Source of the DNA: Nemertoderma westbladi
Lineage: Eukaryota; Animalia; Xenacoelomorpha
Assembly: GCA_032718475.1 (NCBI GenBank)
Contig: JAUCBJ010009144.1
Coordinates: forward strand, 74,841-138,840
Direction: 5' to 3'
Length of the DNA: 64,000 nucleotides
Shown: one piece after another, positions 43,288 to 57,183 of the stretch
Layout: each line of letters opens with the position of its first letter
Position numbering within the stretch: position 1 is the stretch's first letter
Notes under the pieces: generated by a model
What the model saw: the letters and a program-made list of their open reading frames with translations, nothing else
The model's database searches: none
Told to the model about the DNA's origin: nothing
Made by a program: the position numbers and the translations under genes

Positions 43288-46200
43288 TTAACAAAATATC
43301 CTCTGATTTTTTACAAAAATCATATCGATTTTCATATTTATAACTTCTATCCCACTCAACGAGATAAAGTAGCTTAAATGAAAGTCAAAAGAACAGGTAA
43401 CACTTACATTTATAGAAGTAATCAGCTGTTATTTGCTACGTCTTTCCGCTGGAGATGGATTAATTTTGATTGCGTTGGAACACCCCCTATCTGTGGCTTT
43501 CTGAGTGGAGAGATAAGTATCCTATCTCCCTATTAATATTGTTGTGTTCTAGAATATTTTTTATAGTTTCATCGTATTGCCAAAGTGACTAGAGCTGAAG
43601 TTAACTCATAATACAATAATTCACCTCAAATATCTCAGCTATTTCATGAACATAATGAAGTATTAAAGCCATGTCAAAATCATTGGTGTTTTTCTGCAAT
43701 AATTTATCAAAATATCCTCTGATTTTTTTCAAAAACCACATCGATTTCCCACTCCACGAGATAGAGAATCTTAAATGAACGTCAAAAGAACAGGTAACAC
43801 TTACATTTATAGAAGTAATCAGCTGTTATTTGCTACGTCTTTCCGCTGGAGATGGATGAATTTTGATTGCGTTGGAACACCCCCTATCTGTGGCTTTCTG
43901 AGTGGAGAGATAAGTATCCTATCTCCCTATTAATATTGTTGTGTTCTAGAATATTTTTTATAGTTTCATCGTATTGCCAAAGTGACAAGAGCTGAAGTTG
44001 TCTCATAATACAATAATTCACCTCAAATATCTCAGCTATTTCATGAACATAATGAAGTATTGAATCATTGGTATTTTTCTGCAATAATTTATCAAAATAT
44101 CCTCTGATTTTTTTCAAAAACCATATCAATTTTCATATTTATAACTTCTATCCCACTCCACGAGATAGAGAATCTTAAATGAACGTCAAAAGAACAGGTA
44201 ACACTTACATTTATAGAAGTAATCAGCTGTTATTTGCTACGTCTTTCCGCTGGAGATGGGTGAATTTTGATTGCATTGGAACACCCCCTATCTGTGACTT
44301 TCTGAGTGGAGAGATAAGTATCCTATCTCCCTATTAATATTGTTGTGTTCTAGAATATTTTTTATAGTTTCATCGTATTGCCAAATTGACTAGAGCTGAA
44401 GTTAACTCATAATACAATAATTCACCTCAAATATCTCAGCTATTTCATGAACATAATGAAGTATTAAAGCCATGTCAAAATAATTGGTGTTTTTCTGCAA
44501 TAATTTATCAAAATATCCTCTGATTCTTTACTATAACCATATCGATTTTAATATTTATAACTTCTAACCCACTCCACGAGATAGATACTCTTAAATGAAA
44601 ATCAAAAGAACAGGTAACAGTTACATTTATAGAAGTAATCAGCTGTTATTTGCTACGTCTTTCCGCTGAAGATGAATGAATTTTGATTGCATTGGAACAC
44701 CCCCTATCTGTGGCTGTCTGAGAGGAGAGATAAGTAGCCTATCTCCCTGTTAATATTGTTGTGTTCTAGAATATTTATTATAGTTTCATCGTATTGCCAA
44801 AGTGACTAGAGCTGAAGTTGACTCATAATACAATAATTCACCTCAAATATCTCAGCTATTTCATGAACATAATGAAGTATTAAAGCCATGTCAAAATCAT
44901 TGGTGTTTTTCTGCAATAATTTATCAAAATATCCTCTGATTTTTTTCAAAAACCACATCGATTTTCTTATTTATAACTTCTATCCCACTCCACGAGATAG
45001 AGAATCTTAAATGAACGTCAAAAGAACAGGTAACACTTACATTTATAGAAGTAATCAGCTGTTATTTGCTACGTCTTTCCGCTGGAGATGGATTAATTTT
45101 GATTGCGTTGGAACACCCCCTATCTGTGGCTTTCTGAGTGGAGAGATAAGTATCCTATCTCCCTATTAATATTGTTGTGTTCTAGAATATTTTTTATAGT
45201 TTCATCGTATTGCCAAAGTGACTAGAGCTGAAGTTAACTCATAATACAATAATTCACCTCAAATATCTCAGCTATTTCATGAACATAATGAAGTATTAAA
45301 GCCATGTCAAAATCATTGGTGTTTTTCTGCAATAATTTATCAAAATATCCTCTGATTTTTTTCAAAAACCACATCGATTTTCTTATTTATAACTTCTATC
45401 CCACTCCACGAGATAGAGAATCTTAAATGAACGTCAAAAGAACAGGTAACACTTACATTTATAGCAGTAATCAGCTGTTATTTGCTACGTCTTTCCGCTG
45501 GAGATGGATGAATTTTGATTGTGTCAGAACACCCCCTATCTGTGGCTGTCTGAGTTGAGAAATAAGTAGCCTATCTCCCTATTAATATTGTTGTGTTCTA
45601 GAATATTTATAATAGTTTCATCGTATTGCTAAAGTGGCTGGAGCTAAAGTTATTATGTAATGCAATAATTCACCTCAAATATCTCAGCTATTTCATGAAC
45701 ATAATGAAGTATTAAATCCATGTCAAAATCCTTGGTATTTTTATGCAATAATTTATCAAAATATCCTCTGATTTTTTTCAAAAACCATATCAATTTTCAT
45801 ATTTATAACTTCTATCCCACTCCACGAGATAAAGAATCTTAAATGAAAGTCAAAAGAACAGGTAACACTTACATTTATAGAAGTAATCAGCTGTTATTTG
45901 CTACGTCTTTCCGCTGGAGATGGATGAATTTTGATTGTGTCAGAACACCCCCCATCTGTGGCTGTCTGATTTGAGAAATAAGTAGCCTATCTCCCTATTA
46001 ATATTGTTGTGTTCTAGAATATTTAATATAGTTTCATCGTATTGCTAAAGTGGCTGGAGCTGAAGTTGACTCATAATACAATAATTCACCTCAAATATCT
46101 CAGCTATTTCATGAACATAATGAAGTATTAAATCCATGTCAAATTCCTTGGTATTTTTCTGCAATAATTTATCAAAATATCCTCTGATTTTTTTCAAAAA

Positions 46201-49200
46201 CCATATCAATTTTCATATTTATAACTTCTATCCCACTCCACGAGATAAAGAATCTTAAATGAAAGTCAAAAGAACAGGTAACACTTACATTTATAGAAGT
46301 AATCAGCTGTTATTTGCTACATCTTTCCGCTGGAGATGGATGAATTTTGATTGTGTCAGAACACCCCCTATCTGTGGCTGTCTGAGTTGAGAAATAAGTA
46401 GCCTATCTCCCTATTAATATTGTTGTGTTCTAGAATATTTATTATAGTTTCATCGTATTGCTAAAGTGGCTGGAGCTAAAGTTATTATGTAATGCAATAA
46501 TTCACCTCAAATATCTCAGCTATTTCATGAACATAATGAAGTATTAAAGCCATGTAAAATCCTTGGTGTTTTTCTGCAATAATTTATCAAAATATCCTCT
46601 GATTTTTTACAAAAATCATATCGATTTTCATATTTATAACTTCTATCCCACTCAACGAGATAAAGTATCTTAAATGAAAGTCAAAAGAACAGGTAACACT
46701 TACATTTATAGAAGTAATCAGCTGTTATTTGCTACGTCTTTCCGCTGGAGATGGATTAATTTTGATTGCGTTGGAACACCCCCTATCTGTGGCTTTCTGA
46801 GTGGAGAGATAAGTATCCTATCTCCCTATTAATATTGTTGTGTTCTAGAATATTTTTTATAGTTTCATCGTATTGCCAAAGTGACTAGAGCTGAAGTTAA
46901 CTCATAATACAATAATTCACCTCAAATATCTCAGCTATTTCATGAACATAATGAAGTATTAAAGCCATGTCAAAATCATTGGTGTTTTTCTGCAATAATT
47001 TATCAAAATATCCTCTGATTTTTTTCAAAAACCACATCGATTTTCTTATTTATAACTTCTATCCCACTCCACGAGATAGAGAATCTTAAATGAACGTCAA
47101 AAGAACAGGTAACACTTACATTTATAGCAGTAATCAGCTGTTATTTGCTACGTCTTTCCGCTGGAGATGGATGAATTTTGATTGCGTTGGAACACCCCCT
47201 ATCTGTGGCTGTCTGAGTGGAGAGATAAGTAGCCTATCTCCCTGTTAATATTGTTGTGTTCTAGAATATTTATTATAGTTTCATCGTATTGCCAAAGTGA
47301 CTAGAGCTGAAGTTGACTCATAATACAATAATTTACCTCAAATATCTCAGCTATTTCAAGAACATAATGAAGTATTAAATCCATGTCAAATTCCTTGGTA
47401 TTTTTCTGCAATAATTTATCAAAATATCCTCTGATTTTTTTCAAAAACCATATCAATTTTCATATTAATAACTTCTATCCCACTCAACGAGATAAAGTAT
47501 CTTGTTGTGTTCTAGAATATTTTTTATAGTTTCATCGTATTGCCAAAGTGACAAGAGCTGAAGTTGTCTCATAATACAATAATTCACCTCAAATATCTCA
47601 GCTATTTCATGAACATAATGAAGTATTAAATCCATGTCAAAATCCTTGGTATTTTTCTGCAATAATTTATCAAAATATCCTCTGATTTTTTTCAAAAACC
47701 ATATCAATTTTCATATTTATAACTTCTATCCCACTCCACGAGATAGAGAATCTTAAATGAACATCAAAAGAACAGGTAACACTTACATTTATAGAAGTAA
47801 TCAGCTGTTATTTGCTACGTCTTTCCGCTGGAGATGGATGAATTTTGATTGCGTTGGAACACCCCCTATCTGTGGCTTTCTGAGTGGAGAGATAAGTATC
47901 CTATCTCCCTATTAATATTGTTGTGTTCTAGAATATTTTTTATAGTTTCATCGTATTGCCAAAGTGACTAGAGCTGAAGTTAACTCATAATACAATAATT
48001 CACCTCAAATATCTCAGCTATTTCATGAACATAATGAAGTATTAAATCCATGTCAAAATAATTGGTGTTTTTCTGCAATAATTTATCAAAATATCCTCTG
48101 ATTCTTTACTATAACCATATCGATTTTAATATTTATAACTTCTAACCCACTCCACGAGATAGATAATCTTAAATGAAAATCAAAAGAACAGGTAACACTT
48201 ACATTTATAGAAGTAATCAGCTGTTATTTGCTACGTCTTTCCGCTGAAGATGAATGAATTTTGATTGTGTCAGAAAACCCCCTATCTGTGGTTGTATGAG
48301 TTGAGAGATAAGTAGCCTATCTCCCTATTAATATTGTTGTGTTCTAGAATATTTATTATAGTTTCATCGCATTGCTAAAGTGGCTGGAGCTAAAGTTATT
48401 ATGTAATGCAATAATTCACCTCAAATATCTCAGCTATTTCATGAACATAATGAAGTATTAAATCCATGTCAAAATCCTTGGTATTTTTCTGCAATAATTT
48501 ATCAAAATATCCTCTGATTTTTTTCAAAAACCATATCAATTTTCATATTTATAACTTCTATCCCACTCCACGAGATAAAGAATCTTAAATGAAAGGCAAA
48601 AGAACAGGTAACACTTACATTTATAGAAGTAATCAGCTGTTATTTGCTACGTCTTTCCGCTGGAGATGGATGAATTTTGATTGTGTCAGAACACCCCCTA
48701 TCTGTGGCTGTCTGAGTGGAGAGATAAGTATAGCCTATCTCCCTGTTAATATTGTTGTGTTCTAGAATATTTATTATAGTTTCATCGTATTGCCAAAGTG
48801 ACTAGAGCTGAAGTTGACTCATAATACAATAATTCACCTCAAATATCTCAGCTATTTCATGAACATAATTAAGTATTAAATCCATGTCAAATTCCTTGGT
48901 ATTTTTCTGCAATAATTTATCAAAATATCCTCTGATTTTTTTAAAAAACCATATCAATTTTCATATTTATAACTTCTATCCCACTCCACGAGATAGAGAA
49001 TCTTAAATGAACGTCAAAAGAACAGGTAACACTTACATTTATAGAAGTAATCAGCTGTTATTTGCTACGTCTTTCCGCTGGAGATGGATGAATTTTGATT
49101 GCGTTGGAACACCCCCTATCTGTGGCTGTCTGAGAGGAGAGATAAGTAGCCTATCTCCCTGTTAATACTGTTGTGTTCTAGAATATTTATTATAGTTTCA

Positions 49201-52200
49201 TCGTATTGCCAAAGTGACTAGAGCTGAAGTTGACTCATAATACAATAATTCACCTCAAATATCTCAGCTATTTCATGAACATAATGAAGTATTAAAGCCA
49301 TTTCAAATTCCTTGGTATTTTTCTGTAATAATTTATCAAAATATCCTCTGATTTTATTCAAAAACCATATCAATTTTCATATTTATAACTTCTAACCCAC
49401 TCCACGAGATAGATAATCTTAAATGAAAATCAAAAGAACAGGTAACACTTACATTTATAGAAGTAATCAGCTGTTATTTGCTACGTCTTTCCGCTGAAGA
49501 TGAATGAATTTTGATTGCATTGGAACACCCCCTATCTGTGGCTGTCTGAGAGGAGAGATAAGTAGCCTATCTCCCTGTTAATATTGTTGTGTTCTAGAAT
49601 ATTTATTATAGTTTCATCGTATTGCCAAAGTGACTAGAGCTGAAGTTGACTCATAATACAATAATTCACCTCAAATATCTCAGCTATTTCATGAACATAA
49701 TGAAGTATTAAAGCCATGTCAAAATCATTGGTGTTTTTCTGCAATAATTTATCAAAATATCCTCTGATTTTTTTCAAAAACCACATCGATTTTCTTATTT
49801 ATAACTTCTATCCCACTCCACGAGATAGAGAATCTTAAATGAACGTCAAAAGAACAGGTAACACTTACATTTATAGCAGTAATCAGCTGTTATTTGCTAC
49901 GTCTTTCCGCTGGAGATGGATGAATTTTGATTGCGTTGGAACACCCCCTATCTGTGGCCGTCTGAGTGGAGAGATAAGTAGCCTATCTCCCTGTTAATAT
50001 TGTTGTGTTCTAGAATATTTATTATAGTTTCATCGTATTGCCAAAGTGACTAGAGCTGAAGTTGACTCATAATACAATAATTCACCTCAAATATCTCAGC
50101 TATTTCATGAACATAATGAAGTATTAAAGCCATGTCAAAATCCTTGGTGTTTTTCTGCAATAATTTATCAAAATATCCTCTGATTTATTACAAAAATCAT
50201 ATCGATTTTCATATTTATAACTTATATCCCACTCAACGAGATAAAGTATCTTAAATGAAAGTCAAAAGAACAGGTAACACTTACATTTATAGAAGTAATC
50301 AGCTGTTATTTGCTACGTCTTTCCGCTGGAGATGGATTAATTTTGATTGCGTTGGAACACCCCCTATCTGTGGCTTTCTGAGTGGAGAGATAAGTATCCT
50401 ATCTCCCTATTAATATTGTTGTGTTCTAGAATATTTTTTATAGTTTCATCGTATTGCCAAAGTGACTAGAGCTGAAGTTAACTCATAATACAATAATTCA
50501 CCTCAAATATCTCAGCTATTTCATGAACATAATGAAGTATTAAAGCCATGTCAAAATCATTAGTGTTTTTCTGCAATAATTTATCAAAATATCCTCTGAT
50601 TTTTTTCAAAAACCACATCGATTTTCTTATTTATAACTTCTATCCCACTCCACGAGATAGAGAATCTTAAATGAACGTCAAAAGAACAGGTAACACTTAC
50701 ATTTATAGCAGTAATCAGCTGTTATTTGCTACGTCTTTCCGCTGGAGATGGATGAATTTTGATTGCGTTGGAACACCCCATATCTGTGGCTGTCTGAGTG
50801 GAGAGATAAGTAGCCTATCTCCCTGTTAATATTGTTGTGTTCTAGAATATTTATTATAGTTTCATCGTATTGCCAAAGTGACTAGAGCTGAAGTTGACTC
50901 ATAATACAATAATTCACCTCAAATATCTCAGCTATTTCAAGAACATAATGAAGTATTAAATCCATGTCAAATTCCTTGGTATTTTTCTGCAATAATTTAT
51001 CAAAATATCCTCTGATTTTTTTCAAAAACCATATCAATTTTTATATTAATAACTTCTATCCCACTCAACGAGATAAAGTATCTTGTTGTGTTCTAGAATA
51101 TTTTTTATAGTTTCATCGTATTGCCAAAGTGACAAGAGCTGAAGTTGTCTCATAATACAATAATTCACCTCAAATATCTCAGCTATTTCATGAACATAAT
51201 AAAGTATTAAATCCATTTCAAAATCCTTGGTATTTTTCTGCAATAATTTATCAAAATATCCTCTGATTTTTTTCAAAAATCATATCGATTTTCATATTTA
51301 TAACTTCTATCCCACTCCACGAGACAGAGAATCTTAAATGAACGTCAAAAGAACAGGTAACACTTACATTTATAGCAGTAATCAGCTGTTATTTGCTACG
51401 TCTTTCCGCTGGAGATGGATGAATTTTGATTGCGTTGGAACACCCCCTATCTGTGGCTGTCTGAGTGGAGAGATAAGTAGCCTATCTCCCTATTAATATT
51501 GTTGTGTTCTAGAATATTTATTATAGTTTCATCGTATTGCTAAAGTGGCTGGAGCTAAAGTTATTATGTAATTAATGCAATAATTCACCTCAAATATCTC
51601 AGCTATTTCATGAACATAATGAAGTATTAAAGCCATGTCAAAATCCTTGGTGTTTTTATGCAATAATTTATCAAAATATCCTCTGATTTTTTACAAAAAT
51701 CATATCGATTTTCTTATTTATAACTTCTATCCCACTGCACGAGATAGAGAATCTTAAATGAACGTCAAAAGAACAGGTAACACTTACATTTATAGCAGTA
51801 ATCAGCTGTTGTTTGCTACGTCTTTCCGCTGGAGATGGATGAATTTTGATTGTGTCAGAACACCCCCTATCTGTGGCTGTCTGAGTTGAGAAATAAGTAG
51901 CCTATCTCCCTATTAATATTGTTGTGTTCTAGAATATTTATTATAGTTTCATCGTATTGCTAAAGTGGCTGGAGCTGAAGTTATTATGTAATGCAATAAT
52001 TCACCTAAAATATCTCAGCTATTTCATGAACATAATGAAGTATTAAAGCCATGTCAAAATCCTTGGTGTTTTTCTGCAATAATTTATCAAAATATCCTCT
52101 GATTTTTTTCAAAAATTATATCAATTTTCATATTTATAACTTCTATCCCACTCCACGAGATAAAGAATCTTAAATGAAAGTCAAAAGAACAGGTAACACT

Positions 52201-55200
52201 TACATTTATAGAAGTAATCAGCTGTTATTTGCTACGTCTTTCCGCTGGAGATGGATTAATTTTGATTGCGTTGGAACACCCCCTATCTGTGGCTTTCTGA
52301 GAGGAGAGATAAGTATCCTATCTCCCTATTAATATTGTTGTGTTCTAGAATATTTTTTATAGTTTCATCGTATTGCCAAAGTGACTAGAGCAGAAGTTAA
52401 CTCATAATACAATAATTCACCTCAAATATCTCAGCTATTTTATGAACATAATGAAGTATTAAAGCCATGTCAAAATCATTGGTGTTTTTCTGCAATAATT
52501 TATCAAAATATCCTCTGATTTTTTTTAAAAATCACATCGATTTTCTTATTTATAACTTCTATCCCACTCCACGAGATAGAGAATCTAAAATGAACGTCAA
52601 AAGAACAGGTAACACTTACATTTATAGCAGTAATCAGCTGTTATTTGCTACGTCTTTCCGCTGGAGATGGATGAATTTTGATTGCGTTGGAACACCCCCT
52701 ATCTGTGGCTGTCTGAGTGGAGAGATAAGTAGCCTATCTCCCTGTTAATATTGTTGTGTTCTAGAATATTTATTATAGTTTCATCGTATTGCCAAAGTGA
52801 CTATAGAGCTGAAGTTGACTCATAATACAATAATTCACCTCAAATATCTCAGCTATTTCATGAACATAATGAAGTATTAAATCCATGTCAAATTCCTTGG
52901 TATTTTTCTGCAATAATTTATCAAAATATCCTCTGATTTTTTTAAAAAACCATACCAATTTTCATACTTATAACTTCTGTCCCACTCAACGAGATAAAGT
53001 ATCTTAAATGAAAGTCAAAAGAACAGGTAAAACTTACATTTATAGAAGTAATCAGCTGTTATTTGCTACGTCTTTCCGCTGGAGATGGATGAATTTTGAT
53101 TGCGTTGGAACACCCCCTATCTGTGGCTTTCTGAGTGGAGAGATAAGTATCCTATCTCCCTATTAATATTGTTGTGTTCTAGAATATTTTTTATAGTTTC
53201 ATCGTATTGCCAAAATGACTAGAGCTCAAGTTGTCTCATAATACAATAATTCACCTCAAATATCTCAGCTATTTCATGAACATAATGAAGTATTAAAGCC
53301 ATGTCAAAATCCTTGTTGTTTTTCTGCAATAATTTATCAAAATATCCTCTGATTTTTTTTAAAAACCATATCAATTTTCATACTTATAACTTCTATCCCA
53401 CTCAACGAGATAAAGAATCTTAAATGAAAGTCAAAAGAACAGGTAACACTTACATTTATAGAAGTAATCAGCTGTTATTTGCTACGTCTTTCCGCTGGAG
53501 ATAAATGAATTTTGATTGTGTCAGAACACCCCCTATCTGTGGATGTCTGAGTTGAGAAATAAGTAGCCTATCTCCCTATTAATATCGTTGTGTTCTAGAA
53601 TATTTATTATAGTTTCATCGTATTGCTAAAGTGGCTGGAGCTAAAGTTATTATGTAATGCAATAATTCACCTCAAATATCTCAGCTATTTCATGAACATA
53701 ATGAAGTATTAAAGCCATGTCAAAATCCTTGGTGTTTTTCTGCAATAATTTATCAAAATATCCTCTGATTTTTTTCAAAAACCATATCAATTTTCATATT
53801 TATAACTTCAATCCGACTCCACGAGATAAAGAATCTTAAATGAAAGTCAAAAGAACAGGTAACACTTACATTTCTAGAAGTAATCAGCTGTTATTTGCTA
53901 CGTCTTTCCGCTGGAGATGGATGAATTTTGATTGCGTTGGAACACCCCCTATCTGTGGCTTTCTGAGTGGAGAGATAAGTATCCTATCTGCCTATTAATA
54001 TTGTTGTGTTCTAGAATATTTTTTATAGTTTCATCGTATTGCCAAAGTGACTAGAGCTCAAGTTGTCTCATAATACAATAATTCACCTCAAATATCTCAG
54101 CTATTTCATGAACATAATGAAGTATTAAATCCATGTCAAAATCCTTGGTATTTTTCAGCAATAATTTATCAAAATGTCCTCTGATTTTTTTCAAAAACCA
54201 TATCAATTTTCATATTTATAACTTCTATCCCACTCCACGAGATAGAGAATCTTAAATGAACGTCAAAAGAACAGGTAACACTTACATTTATAGAAGTAAT
54301 CAGCTGTTATTTGCTACGTCTTTCCGCTGGAGATGGATGAATTTTGATTGCGTTGGAACACCCCCTATCTGTGGCTTTCTGAGTGGAGAGATAAGTATCC
54401 TATCTCCCTATTAATATTGTTGTGTTCTAGAATATTTTTTATAGTTTCATCGTATTGCCAAAGTGACTAGAGCTGAAGTTAACTCATAATACAATAATTC
54501 ACCTCAAATATCTCAGCTATTTCATGAACATAATGAAGTATTAAATCCATGTCAAAATAATTGGTGTTTTTCTGCAATAATTTATCAAAATATCCTCTGA
54601 TTCTTTACTATAACCATATCGATTTTAATATTTATAACTTCTAACCCACTCCACGAGATAGATAATCTTAAATGAAAATCAAAAGAACAGGTAACACTTA
54701 CATTTATAGAAGTAATCAGCTGTTATTTGCTACGTCTTTCCGCTGAAGATGAATGAATTTTGATTGTGTCAGAAAACCCCCTATCTGTGGTTGTATGAGT
54801 TGAGAGATAAGTAGCCTATCTCCCTATTAATATTGTTGTGTTCTAGAATATTTATTATAGTTTCATCGCATTGCTAAAGTGGCTGGAGCTAAAGTTATTA
54901 TGTAATGCAATAATTCACCTCAAATATCTCAGCTATTTCATGAACATAATGAAGTATTAAATCCATGTCAAAATCCTTGGTATTTTTCTGCAATAATTTA
55001 TCAAAATATCCTCTGATTTTTTTCAAAAACCATATCAATTTTCATATTTATAACTTCTATCCCACTCCACGAGATAAAGAATCTTAAATGAAAGTCAAAA
55101 GAACAGGTAACACTTACATTTATAGAAGTAATCAGCTGTTATTTGCTACGTCTTTCCGCTGGAGATGGATGAATTTTGATTGTGTCAGAACACCCCCTAT

Positions 55201-55956
55201 CTGTGGCTGTCTGAGTGGAGAGATAAGTATAGCCTATCTCCCTGTTAATATTGTTGTGTTCTAGAATATTTATTATAGTTTCATCGTATTGCCAAAGTGA
55301 CTAGAGCTGAAGTTGACTCATAATACAATAATTCACCTCAAATATCTCAGCTATTTCATGAACATAATTAAGTATTAAATCCATGTCAAATTCCTTGGTA
55401 TTTTTCTGCAATAATTTATCAAAATATCCTCTGATTTTTTTAAAAAACCATATCAATTTTCATATTTATAACTTCTATCCCACTCCACGAGATAGAGAAT
55501 CTTAAATGAACGTCAAAAGAACAGGTAACACTTACATTTATAGAAGTAATCAGCTGTTATTTGCTACGTCTTTCCGCTGGAGATGGATGAATTTTGATTG
55601 CGTTGGAACACCCCCTATCTGTGGCTGTCTGAGAGGAGAGATAAGTAGCCTATCTCCCTGTTAATATTGTTGTGTTCTAGAATATTTATTATAGTTTCAT
55701 CGTATTGCCAAAGTGACTAGAGCTGAAGTTGACTCATAATACAATAACTCAGCTATTTCATGAACATAATGAAGTATTAAAGCCATTTCAAATTCCTTGG
55801 TATTTTTCTGCAATAATTTATCAAAATATCCTCTGATTTTATTCAAAAACCATATCAATTTTCATATTTATAACTTCTATCCCACTCAACGAGATAAAGT
55901 ATCTTAAATGAAATTCAAAAGAACAGGTAACACTTACATTTATAGAAGTAATCAGC

Positions 55957-56205
55957 TGTTGATAAACAACCGCGACCTCTATACTAACAGCAGAACTGTT
56001 GAACAGACCAATACCTGTTAATATCCTTCTGCCAACCTAATAAGTTCTCGTCTAACCAATAAGACACAAAGACTGCTCTACTGTTAAGTAAAGGGGATCA
56101 GGAGCGTGCTATTACTAAATTGTAAGGGTTGCTAAATACAAAACCGCTACTTACCGTTAGATGGCGCTAATCTGCCGTCCACTAATATATTTTACTAATT
56201 TTACA
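55957..56205 (-). mobile_element. Candidate LTR (3' LTR of a minus-strand LTR retrotransposon) abutting the satellite end
   Basis: The satellite stops mid-monomer at TGTTGATAAAC. On the minus strand the segment runs TGTAAAA...TCAACA, is preceded by purine-rich GCAGGAGTAG (weak PPT-like) and contains TAGCGCCATCTA. No partner LTR is in the window. Confidence 0.4.
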
Positions 56206-56984
56206 CTACTCCTGCAAAATCGCTTGTTCCTTTCTCTACCGATCGCTCGATAGAGAGCTAACTGTTCGAATCTATGAGCCACGCGGGAATAACCAAAACA
56301 ATAAACCCGAGTCGGCTCCCTAAGCTTACTTAAGACGAGTGCGAGAGGCCTTGCACTCAGAGTATTCTTACGCCTAATTTTATCACTATTAAAGCACGCT
56401 ATTACCTACGTCTTTCTAATCGCGAATACTGGAGGTTCCCTAACGTAATGTGTGAATGCGAGAATATTTAAAATATCAAAATGGTACAGTATCTGTTTCT
56501 ACGTGGATAATACCACTCCGGGTCTAAAACTGCCCGCGACTGGCTTTAGGCCAGCAAAATTACTAGCGTATCGTGCGTACCGAATAGTGCGTTCTAGCTG
56601 ATTGTCCGCTAATGCAAATAACCGCTCAGCGTGAATAGTTTACAGTACACTAATTATTACCTTAGCTACTCTCCGCTATGCTGCGTACTAATTCTTAATT
56701 TTTTACTAATTAATTACAGTCACAAATATTTAACAGCGTACTAATTACTAAGAGTTCCAGAATACGTAATTCTAATTTATCACGCAACAGGTTTCGCTAG
56801 TAATAGCCTAATTTGCCGTATTACTTTGACCTAATCAATAACTAATTATTGTAACTAAGAAATATATGTGTATTGGAAATTATATGTGTAGTAGGTATTG
56901 AGTTCGAATCCTAGTAAGTGCGAATTATTTTTTGTGCAGAATTTCAACTCATTTAAATTAACCGCTACAAATTAATTGCATTTG

Positions 56985-57183
56985 TCTGTACCAATGAGAC
57001 TGTAGTTATTTGATTGTAACCAATGTCGTGCAAGTTATATATTAGCTGGACCAATAGCTATCTTTAAAACCCTATTACATTGTATTATAATTATATCTTC
57101 TGTAATAAAGTCAGAATTATCGCTAATCTGCGTTTCCTATCTGTTTTACTATGATTCACCACGGTGAACCCAACTAAGGGACA
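56985..57183 (+). promoter_or_regulatory. Promoter/polyA signal cluster, possibly the U3-R-U5 end of a second, plus-strand LTR
   Basis: CCAAT at 56991, 57020 and 57051; TTTAAA at 57063; TATAA at 57086; AATAAA at 57104; ends ...GGGACA at 57183. Confidence 0.35.

Larger units (their letters stand above)
646..55960. repeat. Tandem satellite array, ~416-bp AT-rich monomer, about 120 copies, interrupted by MITE-like elements and one gap
   Basis: The same motif recurs every 416 bp (AACATAATGAAG at 3541, 3957, 4373). All copies are head-to-tail in one orientation. Length variants are ~421 bp, ~403 bp and ~251 bp. Confidence 0.98.

Noticed and set aside
2538-52958. 60-93 aa ORFs from the satellite as standalone genes
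   Set aside because: They recur only where chance variants remove stops. The 416-bp period is not a multiple of 3, and no domain is recognisable.
56895-56915. tRNA gene at GAGTTCGAATCC
   Set aside because: No A box or cloverleaf stems could be found around it.
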